This document shows positions 56,897 to 64,000 of a stretch of DNA of 64,000 nucleotides, piece by piece. This stretch comes from Bacteroidales bacterium (GTDB lineage Bacteria; Bacteroidota; Bacteroidia; Bacteroidales; VadinHA17). Numbering within the stretch: position 1 is the first letter of the stretch; every line of letters begins with the position of its first letter. Where the stretch lies: assembly GCA_035360515.1 (NCBI GenBank), contig DAOSAY010000002.1, forward strand, positions 67,789 to 131,788, written 5' to 3'. A program made the translations under genes and the position numbers. Under the pieces are notes generated by a model. That model saw only the letters and a list, made by a program, of their open reading frames with translations, was not told the origin of the DNA and ran no database searches.

Positions 56897-58366
56897 ATGA
56901 AGTACATTAAAATTTTAATGCCATTTCTTATTGTTTCTGCATGTGCAGGTCCGAATGGCCAACCGGGGAATATAAAAACTGAAACAATTTACTTTAATCT
57001 TGAAGGAAAAACTCTGTCGGTTTATACAACGGCAAAGGACACAAACTTACGGCTTACTCTAACCGGGACCATGCCATTTAAGAAGCTCGAAAGCACCTCA
57101 GAAAGGGAGATATATGTTTTTGTTGACCCTTCAAAAACTGACCAGGATTTTATTGGAATAGGAGGAGCTCTTACTGATGCCGCAGCAGAAACATTTGCAA
57201 AACTGCCTCCCGCAAAGCAGGAAGAAATTTTACAGGCTTACTACAGCACCGATAAAGGTATAGGCTACACCTTTGCACGAACGAACATCAACAGCTGTGA
57301 TTTCTCAAGTGGAAGTTACACTTATGTAAAAGAAGGCGATAAAGAATTGAATACTTTTGATGTTTCTCACGACAGGCAGTTCAAAATTCCTCTTATTAAA
57401 AAGGCCATAGCTGCTGCAGGCGGAAAACTGACACTTTTTGCCAGTCCCTGGAGCCCACCGGCATTTATGAAAGACAACAACGACATGTTGCACGGAGGGA
57501 AGCTTAAACCTGAGTACTTCCAGTCGTGGGCGCTCTATTATGCAAAATTTGTTAAAGCTTACCAAAAAGTAGGAATACCTGTGTGGGGAATAACAATTCA
57601 GAATGAACCGATGGCTACACAGAGATGGGAATCGTGCATTTATTATGCATGGGAGGAGAGGGATTTTCTAAAGAATTACCTTGGGCCAACAATGAAGAAG
57701 GAAGGGTTGGGAGATGTAAAGATTATTGTATGGGATCATAACCGTGACCTGATAATACAACGTGCACAGGTTATATTTAATGATCCTCAAGCTTCACAAT
57801 ATGCATGGGGTATGGGTTTCCACTGGTATGAAGACTGGTCGGGCGGAGAACAGATGTACAGGAATGTGGAATATGTTCACCGTTTCTGGCCAGAGAAGCA
57901 TCTTATTTTTACTGAGGGTACGCCTGCAAGCTTCAATCCTGAGAGATACACCTCGTGGAGACTGGGGGAGGATTATGGCATATCAATGATCAACGACTTC
58001 AACTCGGGTGCTGAGGCCTGGACTGACTGGAATATATTGCTTGATGAACAGGGAGGTCCAAATCATGTAGGAAATTATTGTTTTGCACCGGTGCATGCTG
58101 ATACAAGGACAGGCGAACTCATTTATACGAATTCATATTATTATATAGGACATTTTTCGAAATTCATACGTCCTGGAGCAAAAAAGATTCTGGCAGCATC
58201 AAGCAGGAGCATGCTGCTGACAACGGCTTTCAGAAACAGTGATGGGAGCATTGTGGTGGTGGTGATGAATCCGACCGACAGAAAAGCTGTCTACAACCTT
58301 TGTGCTGGTTTATATTATTCTGAAATTGAATCCCTGCCTCATTCGATCCAGTCAATTGTGTTCTGA
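56897..58366 (+). CDS. Glycoside hydrolase family 30 (glucosylceramidase-like) lipoprotein
   Basis: Lipobox IVSACAG, with GIGGALTDAAAE, ASPWSPPAFMK, the acid/base motif ITIQNEP, and the nucleophile region LIFTEGT. Confidence 0.85.
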   Translation: MKYIKILMPFLIVSACAGPNGQPGNIKTETIYFNLEGKTLSVYTTAKDTNLRLTLTGTMPFKKLESTSEREIYVFVDPSKTDQDFIGIGGALTDAAAETFAKLPPAKQEEILQAYYSTDKGIGYTFARTNINSCDFSSGSYTYVKEGDKELNTFDVSHDRQFKIPLIKKAIAAAGGKLTLFASPWSPPAFMKDNNDMLHGGKLKPEYFQSWALYYAKFVKAYQKVGIPVWGITIQNEPMATQRWESCIYYAWEERDFLKNYLGPTMKKEGLGDVKIIVWDHNRDLIIQRAQVIFNDPQASQYAWGMGFHWYEDWSGGEQMYRNVEYVHRFWPEKHLIFTEGTPASFNPERYTSWRLGEDYGISMINDFNSGAEAWTDWNILLDEQGGPNHVGNYCFAPVHADTRTGELIYTNSYYYIGHFSKFIRPGAKKILAASSRSMLLTTAFRNSDGSIVVVVMNPTDRKAVYNLCAGLYYSEIESLPHSIQSIVF

Positions 58367-58401
58367 TGCGGATGAGGATTTAAACATTTACGAATACTGG
58401 C

Positions 58402-59268
58402 TCAATATGTAAAGTACGATGACTGGCATTCCACGAAGTGAACTGGAATGCCTGTCAGAAACGTTTTAATCCATTCGGCTGCATATTCCATTCCTGCCTC
58501 TTCTGATGGGATATGACCAAGGAAAATTATTGCCTTGTTTCTGCCCTGTAGTATGGCATCACGTACATATTCGTATGTTTCCCACTGTGGTACTTCGCCG
58601 GCTATTACAACTTCTGTTTCTGGATCTCTTAGCATGGCAAAGTGGGCTGCACTACCTGGTGCTCCTGCTGAAAATGTGACTTTCGATACCTTCATGTTCA
58701 GGTTCCCAATGACATTAAAAGAATGCCCTGGAAAAACTTTCTTCAGGTGTTTGAGTAAGCCTTCGAGAGTTGTTTCAGGTATGACAAATCTGTTATCAGT
58801 ACCGCTGACAAGATATTTGTCGAATTGAAGCTTTCGGGCCATTCCGTAATCAATGCCGTCGGGTTTCATTCTGTGAATATAATCATGGAATCTCCAGATT
58901 ACCAGACCATGGTCGTCAATGAACTTCTTCTTTTCCAGAAAAACAGGATCGTTGCTGAACTGAGAGGTCTCGTCACGGTGGTTGTAGAAAACCGGTTCGT
59001 GGGTAATAATAAGGTTGCATTTGAGTTCGACAGCTTTGCGCAGTACACTCATCGGAGCAAACATGCAGGTTACAATACCGGTAACCTGTGTTTCGGGTTT
59101 ACCTGTTTTTATAACGTCCACAGTATTGGGAACAGGCTCACTACCGGTTTGCCGTATTATTGTTTCAATTATCTCACCTGCTGTCATCTGGGTCCGTTTC
59201 TGACCGTCAAGAAAGGCAGAGTTCAGAATAAGAATTATGCAAATAAGAATGGTTGTGTTGGTTTTCAT
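58402..59268 (-). CDS. NIF3-like dinuclear-metal-centre family protein with a signal peptide
   Basis: Signal-like N-terminus MKTNTTILICIILILNSAFLDGQ and the NIF3 motif CNLIITHEPVFY. Confidence 0.7.
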   Translation of the reverse strand: MKTNTTILICIILILNSAFLDGQKRTQMTAGEIIETIIRQTGSEPVPNTVDVIKTGKPETQVTGIVTCMFAPMSVLRKAVELKCNLIITHEPVFYNHRDETSQFSNDPVFLEKKKFIDDHGLVIWRFHDYIHRMKPDGIDYGMARKLQFDKYLVSGTDNRFVIPETTLEGLLKHLKKVFPGHSFNVIGNLNMKVSKVTFSAGAPGSAAHFAMLRDPETEVVIAGEVPQWETYEYVRDAILQGRNKAIIFLGHIPSEEAGMEYAAEWIKTFLTGIPVHFVECQSSYFTY

Positions 59269-59279
59269 GTTTAAATAAT

Positions 59280-59328
59280 TTAATTTTCCTCAAAATCCCG
59301 ATTTGATAATCAAAATTAGGAAAATTAA
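59280..59328. repeat. Nested inverted repeats in a divergent promoter region
   Basis: The outer arms are a perfect 11 bp, TTAATTTTCCT ... AGGAAAATTAA, with a 27-nt spacer. The inner palindrome TTTGAT-A-ATCAAA is at 59302..59314. The element lies between the NIF3-like gene (minus) and the 584-aa gene (plus). Confidence 0.4.
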
Positions 59329-59373
59329 TAATTAACATATGTTTTAAAAAAGAAGAAACTAAACGAAAATATT

Positions 59374-61128
59374 ATGATAAGTAGATTATTTTTATCACTG
59401 TTGCTGGTTGTCGCATGCCTTGTAGGCAGCGGCCTGAATGGCGCATCAAGCCTGAAAATTGATGGTGATCCCCCATTATTACAGAAATATAACAGGACGG
59501 TCCTTGGTGAAAATGTTTTTGTGTTTGAGCCTGGAATGGACATGAAGGAGGTACAGGCTGTAATAGATACAATATTTCTGAGGCAGTCGGGCCGAAGGAG
59601 TGAGTTCAGCAATAACCGGTACGCTCTGATATTCAAACCTGGAGAGTACAATCTCGATATCAGGGTTGATTATTACATGCAGGTTATAGGATTGGGGAAT
59701 TCCCCTGAGGATGTAGTGATTAAGGGAGCGGTAAGGTCAAATACAACTCACGGTAACAGTGTTCTTACAAACTTCTGGAGGGCCGTTGAAAACATGACAA
59801 TCGTGCCCGAGGAGAAATCGACAATGGTGTGGGGTGTGTCGCAGGCAGCTCCACTCAGGAGGGTTCATATAAAAGGTAACCTTCAGTTATTCGACAGGGG
59901 TTATGCCAGTGGAGGTTTTCTAGCTGATTCAAAAGTTGATGGGATAATAACTTCCGGTCCGCAGCAGCAGTGGCTTACCAGAAACACTCTATTTGAAGGG
60001 TGGGAAGGTGGAGTCTGGAATATGATGTTTGTGGGGGTTCCTCAGGCACCTGAAGAAAACTGGCCCGAAAAACCTTATACCGTTATCGGTACAACACCTG
60101 TGATAAGGGAGAAACCATGGCTTTCATATGATAAAAAAGGGTTTTGTGTTAAAATACCCCCGATTAAAAAGAACTCAGCTGGTCCGGGCTGGATTAACGG
60201 CGAAAAACCTGAACGTATAATATATATGAACAGGTTTTACATTGCAAAACCCGGGCAGGATGATGCTGTGTCAATTAACGCAGCACTTAAAAAGGGAAAA
60301 AACATTCTCTTCACTCCGGGGAGGTATTATCTGAACGAAAGCTTAAAGGTAACACAGCCCGGGACTCTAATTATGGGTACCGGACTTGCAACCCTTATTC
60401 CTGAAAAAGGCAACTCTGCAATAGAAATAGCCGATGTTGACGGGGTTATTGTATGTGGTTTGACTTTCGATGCAGGACCTATCTTTTCTGAGAAGCTTTT
60501 CGTTGTTGGCGAATCAGGTGCAGGAAAATCACATCAGGCAAACCCTGTGTTTCTTTATGATCTTTTTTTCAGGGTTGGCGGACATGCTCAGGGTTCAGCC
60601 GGCGCCTGCCTTGTTATTAACAGCAACGATGTGATTGTTGACCATGTATGGTTATGGAGGGCAGACCATGGGAACGGAGTTGGATGGGAAAAGAATAAAT
60701 GTGCCAACGGCTTAATCGTTAACGGAAACAATGTGATTATTTATGGTCTTTTTAACGAACATTTCCAGGAATATCAGACTCTCTGGAATGGTGAAAACGG
60801 CAGGGTGTATTTTTATCAGAGTGAAATGCCGTACGATCCCCCGTCTGTTGATGCATGGAAACATAACGGCATTTACGGATATGCATCATACAAAGTGGCT
60901 GATCATGTAAGGACTCACGAGGCGTGGGGACTTGGAATATATAATGTATTTTATGATGCTCCGGTAATAGTTGACAATGCAATAGAGACCCCTGAACATC
61001 TTGAAAAATTCATCCATAACAAGATAATTTTCTGGCTAAACGGCAACAAGGAAAGTGTGGTAAAAAGCATAATAAACGGCAAAGGCGGACAGGTTGATGT
61101 GAATAATCGCAAAGCCGCAATGAAGTGA
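59374..61128 (+). CDS. Secreted 584-aa protein, probable beta-helix carbohydrate-active enzyme (family not recognised with certainty)
   Basis: Signal peptide MISRLFLSLLLVVACLVGSG. Repetitive G/N/V-rich strands (IVNGNNVIIYGLFNEH, YFYQSEMPYDPP) suggest a right-handed beta-helix. It sits in a glycosidase-rich neighbourhood. Confidence 0.4.
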   Translation: MISRLFLSLLLVVACLVGSGLNGASSLKIDGDPPLLQKYNRTVLGENVFVFEPGMDMKEVQAVIDTIFLRQSGRRSEFSNNRYALIFKPGEYNLDIRVDYYMQVIGLGNSPEDVVIKGAVRSNTTHGNSVLTNFWRAVENMTIVPEEKSTMVWGVSQAAPLRRVHIKGNLQLFDRGYASGGFLADSKVDGIITSGPQQQWLTRNTLFEGWEGGVWNMMFVGVPQAPEENWPEKPYTVIGTTPVIREKPWLSYDKKGFCVKIPPIKKNSAGPGWINGEKPERIIYMNRFYIAKPGQDDAVSINAALKKGKNILFTPGRYYLNESLKVTQPGTLIMGTGLATLIPEKGNSAIEIADVDGVIVCGLTFDAGPIFSEKLFVVGESGAGKSHQANPVFLYDLFFRVGGHAQGSAGACLVINSNDVIVDHVWLWRADHGNGVGWEKNKCANGLIVNGNNVIIYGLFNEHFQEYQTLWNGENGRVYFYQSEMPYDPPSVDAWKHNGIYGYASYKVADHVRTHEAWGLGIYNVFYDAPVIVDNAIETPEHLEKFIHNKIIFWLNGNKESVVKSIINGKGGQVDVNNRKAAMK

Positions 61129-61157
61129 AAATAGTTAGCTTTTGTCTTGAAGGTTTA

Positions 61158-63020
61158 TTAAAACTTCAACGCCGGGGCTCCGCCAACTACAGGAATTTTT
61201 ATTGATGTTTTATCAAGATCTATTGTAAGTTTTGTTCCCGGGTCGGGCCAGAGAGTGAACTCACGGTCGCTCGAGAAAATCATCAAACCTATCTGTTTAC
61301 CTGCTGGAATAATCTGGTCGTCAGGTTCAAGCTCAAAGGTCATTTCATAAAACTTTCCAGGCACGAGTGGTTCGCTTTCCCGTAGTGATTTATAGTTCTG
61401 GAGGTCAGCCCATCCACGGGTTATCAGATTATCGGTAATCTTTGCATCTCTGGCACTATTCCATGGTAAAATTACAAGCCAAACTGACAGGTTTACAGCA
61501 GGTTTACTGCTGGCTGCCCTGATAGTTATTGAAGGAACACCTGAAATATGCACAGGCTCCTTAAGTACCGGAGTAAGGTAAAGTAAACGGTGTTCTGTCC
61601 ATTCTGCCTGTGCCAGGATACTGCCGCTGAATGAGAAGTTATCAACGAGTGTTTCTGTTCCCTGGCCTGACACCTTTGTTGTAGTCAGTCCACCTGCCTG
61701 TGGAGCTCCTGCGGTAAGAAAGAATTCCACAGGTCTTGCATCAGGATGTGGATAATCCGGGTAGGGAGTAGGATTAAGCCTATCGTCGTTTTCTCTGACG
61801 ATCCATGCTCTGGGTTCTTTTTCCACGCCATTATCCACCCCAGATAGAAATCGTGTAAACCATTTGTTCATCATAGAAAAGGGAGGTTCTCCACCATGCC
61901 CGCCCTGATGGTAATAAATCTTCAGAGGAACCCCTTTTTCTTTTAGTACTTTGATAAACCGGTAACTATGGCTGGGCATTACATTCCAGTCGTTGAAAGC
62001 ATGTGACATCAGAACAGCTGCTCTGAATTTGCCCATATAATTCATCAGGTCACGTTGAGCCCAGAAATCGTTGTAATCACCTTTTATTCTGTCCATTCCG
62101 CGGGCCATTATGCCATCCCTGTAAATCGAATCGCACCAGGCACACCTGTCAGGATTGGAATGGATAAATTCATAGAGAACATCAACATCCTCTCCGAGAT
62201 AACCTCCCGGACTTCTAACCAGTCCGTTGGAGCGGTAGTAGTGGTAATATGAAGTATTTGGAGCAACAGGTATTATAGCTTCTAGTCCTTCTACTCCTGT
62301 AGTTGCTGCAGCAAAGGGGATGGTGCCGTTATAGGATGTGCCAATCATTCCAACCTTGCCGGTTGTCCAGTAAGCCTTTACTTCATCGTTTCCATCGGGT
62401 GTTGTGTAACCTTTAGCCCTTCCGTTCAGCCAGTCGATGACGGCCTTAGGTGCTAGAGCCTCAATTTCTGTTCCTATTGTAGGGCAGCCCTGTGATAATC
62501 CCGTACCGGGAGCTGAGGAGTGTACCACAATAAAACCATACGGTACCCATGTGGAAACATGAGAGTTTGAAATAATCGGTCGTTTACCTACTCTTTGAAC
62601 CGGAGGCATAGAAGTGCGTGGTGGTGGTACAGAATTCAACTCATGGCGCACGTTCCAGAAATACTGACGGGCTGTACTTCCGGTACCTGCAAAATATGGA
62701 CTCGATTCATATATAACAGGTAATTTGATACCTTCTGTTTCTGTTTGCCGGGGACGTGTAACGTCAACATGCATTCTGTCACGCCTGCCATCGCCGTCTG
62801 AATCAAATTCCGTTTCAACCCAGAGATCCTCTCTTATCCATTCATCCGGATTTTCAAACTCCGGTATCTTTTGTGCTTCGCCATTAACGACAACAGGAAC
62901 GATAATTTTTGAGGGAGCCTTTTTACCTGTCTGTATAGCCTTTTGCTGCCCATTGATAGCAGGGATAAAGAGAAAAGAACAGAGCAGTAAGTAAATGAGT
63001 AAAATAAAATTTTTCTTCAT
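61158..63020 (-). CDS. Xaa-Pro dipeptidyl-peptidase / CocE-NonD (S15) family hydrolase
   Basis: Signal peptide and the nucleophile motif GMIGTSYNG. The 620-aa length and C-terminal beta-sandwich region are typical of S15. Confidence 0.8.
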   Translation of the reverse strand: MKKNFILLIYLLLCSFLFIPAINGQQKAIQTGKKAPSKIIVPVVVNGEAQKIPEFENPDEWIREDLWVETEFDSDGDGRRDRMHVDVTRPRQTETEGIKLPVIYESSPYFAGTGSTARQYFWNVRHELNSVPPPRTSMPPVQRVGKRPIISNSHVSTWVPYGFIVVHSSAPGTGLSQGCPTIGTEIEALAPKAVIDWLNGRAKGYTTPDGNDEVKAYWTTGKVGMIGTSYNGTIPFAAATTGVEGLEAIIPVAPNTSYYHYYRSNGLVRSPGGYLGEDVDVLYEFIHSNPDRCAWCDSIYRDGIMARGMDRIKGDYNDFWAQRDLMNYMGKFRAAVLMSHAFNDWNVMPSHSYRFIKVLKEKGVPLKIYYHQGGHGGEPPFSMMNKWFTRFLSGVDNGVEKEPRAWIVRENDDRLNPTPYPDYPHPDARPVEFFLTAGAPQAGGLTTTKVSGQGTETLVDNFSFSGSILAQAEWTEHRLLYLTPVLKEPVHISGVPSITIRAASSKPAVNLSVWLVILPWNSARDAKITDNLITRGWADLQNYKSLRESEPLVPGKFYEMTFELEPDDQIIPAGKQIGLMIFSSDREFTLWPDPGTKLTIDLDKTSIKIPVVGGAPALKF

Positions 63021-63030
63021 TATGTAAGAT

Positions 63031-64000
63031 TTAGTTTTGTGTTGTTATTCTGGTTATTGCAGGTTTTAGTCCGTCTGAAATAACCTCTACAGTTATTTCA
63101 CCTTTTGTCTTTGATGCACCCACAATAATCATGGCTTTGCCATAGAAAAGATCGTATTTTGTTGAGTGAAATGAAGTCAGCGATTGTGGATTACCGTTAT
63201 CTACACCTATGAATTTTCCTGAACCTTTAACTTTAATTTCAAAATTATTGTTTGCAAGCGGGCAGGGGTTCCCATTTCGGTCGAGAGCTTCTACAAGGAT
63301 AAAGGAGAGATCTTTACCGTCCGATTTGATTACTGTTCGGTCAGGAGTCAGACGCAACTGGTATGGTTTACCGGCAGTTTTCACAACTGCTTCACCTATT
63401 TTAACACCTTCCTTGTAAGCGACTGCCCTGAGTTCGCCAGGTTCATATATAACATCTTTCCAGATAAGTCTGAAACGTTCAACCGAGTTTTCGGATTTCG
63501 GATTTTTACATTTTTTGCCGAGTGATTTCCCATTCAGAAACAGTTCGGCACAGTCGCCGTTTGTATATACAAAAACAGGAATGTTTTTGCCTTCCATATT
63601 TTCCCAGTTCCAGTGCGGTACTATATGTACGGTGTTAGCATCTGTTTTCCAGTAGCTTCTGTATAGCCAGTATCTGTCTTTTGGTATTCCGGCAAGGTCA
63701 ACAATTCCGAAATAGCTGCTTCGTGAGGCGTCGGCAGCCGTCAGGCCGAGTATTCTTGTAAAGAAACTGTTGTACGGGGTTGGCTCGCCAAGGTAGTCAA
63801 ATCCTGTCCAGACAAATTCACCTGCCACATATGGTTCCTCCTGCTGCCACATAAAATCATCGTCGGGTATTTCTGCCCATTCAGGTGCATTGAGGTCGTA
63901 AGAACTTACCTGTAGCGATTTTGTGAAGTCGGTCTTTTTTTCCGGGAGGGGAAGTTCAAAGAATCCCCGTGTGCTTACAGTAGAAGCTGATTCACTTATG
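63031..64000 (-). CDS. Glycoside hydrolase family 2 (beta-galactosidase-like), C-terminal part; 5' end outside the window
   Basis: The frame stays open upstream of the track Met at 63852 (...SSYDLNAPEWAEIPDDDFMWQQEEPYVAGEFVWTGFDYLGEP), a conserved GH2 block. It is followed by a DUF4982-like Ig region. Confidence 0.8.
   Translation of the reverse strand, partial: ISESASTVSTRGFFELPLPEKKTDFTKSLQVSSYDLNAPEWAEIPDDDFMWQQEEPYVAGEFVWTGFDYLGEPTPYNSFFTRILGLTAADASRSSYFGIVDLAGIPKDRYWLYRSYWKTDANTVHIVPHWNWENMEGKNIPVFVYTNGDCAELFLNGKSLGKKCKNPKSENSVERFRLIWKDVIYEPGELRAVAYKEGVKIGEAVVKTAGKPYQLRLTPDRTVIKSDGKDLSFILVEALDRNGNPCPLANNNFEIKVKGSGKFIGVDNGNPQSLTSFHSTKYDLFYGKAMIIVGASKTKGEITVEVISDGLKPAITRITTQN

Noticed and set aside
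1-64000. CRISPR arrays, transposases, prophage genes and known anti-phage systems
   Set aside because: I saw no spaced direct repeats and no DDE/integrase/recombinase-like ORFs. I also saw no nuclease-ATPase, reverse transcriptase, TIR, SIR2 or cyclase signatures in any ORF of the track.

Overview
This is a 64-kb chromosomal window that looks like a Bacteroidota (Bacteroidia-type) genome. Supporting signs: it is moderately AT-rich, almost no start codon has a Shine-Dalgarno sequence, and a TAnnTTTG-type -7 box sits upstream of rplM. It also carries CarboxypepD_reg/STN/FecR/ECF-sigma modules, DUF2723 and DUF1080 proteins, and many secreted glycosidases and peptidases.

I support about 50 CDS and one tRNA-Leu(CAA).
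- Housekeeping genes: rplM-rpsI, rpsB-tsf, pyrH, frr, purD and dxs.
- Respiratory and redox genes: nrfHA (cytochrome c nitrite reductase), a flavodoxin, and a 2-oxoacid dehydrogenase with a fused E1 alpha/beta and an E2.
- Right-hand end: a hydrolase-rich stretch with TldD/PmbA, GH30, a NIF3-like protein, an S15 peptidase and GH2.

I found no CRISPR array, transposase, integrase, prophage remnant or recognisable anti-phage gene.

The best candidate for an undescribed system is a cluster of about 10.5 kb (13.2-23.7 kb). It joins a cytoplasmic Mvh-type (group 3c-like) [NiFe] hydrogenase to a Qmo-like module rather than to HdrBC. The Qmo-like module is two divergent HdrA paralogs bracketing an HdrC-like FeS domain fused to a 6-TM cytochrome-b-like domain. 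The cluster is flanked by an orphan receiver and a RegB-like histidine kinase, and a CRP-like palindrome lies upstream of mvhD.

Secondary candidates:
- A four-gene ECF-sigma/FecR operon whose STN signalling domain sits on a short non-transporter protein that has a paralog in the same operon.
- An operon of methyltransferase, giant ABCG-like transporter, lipoprotein and small secreted protein.
- A Tat-signal TldD paired with a signal-less PmbA.

All family calls come from reading motifs by eye. No database search was run, so novelty is unverified.
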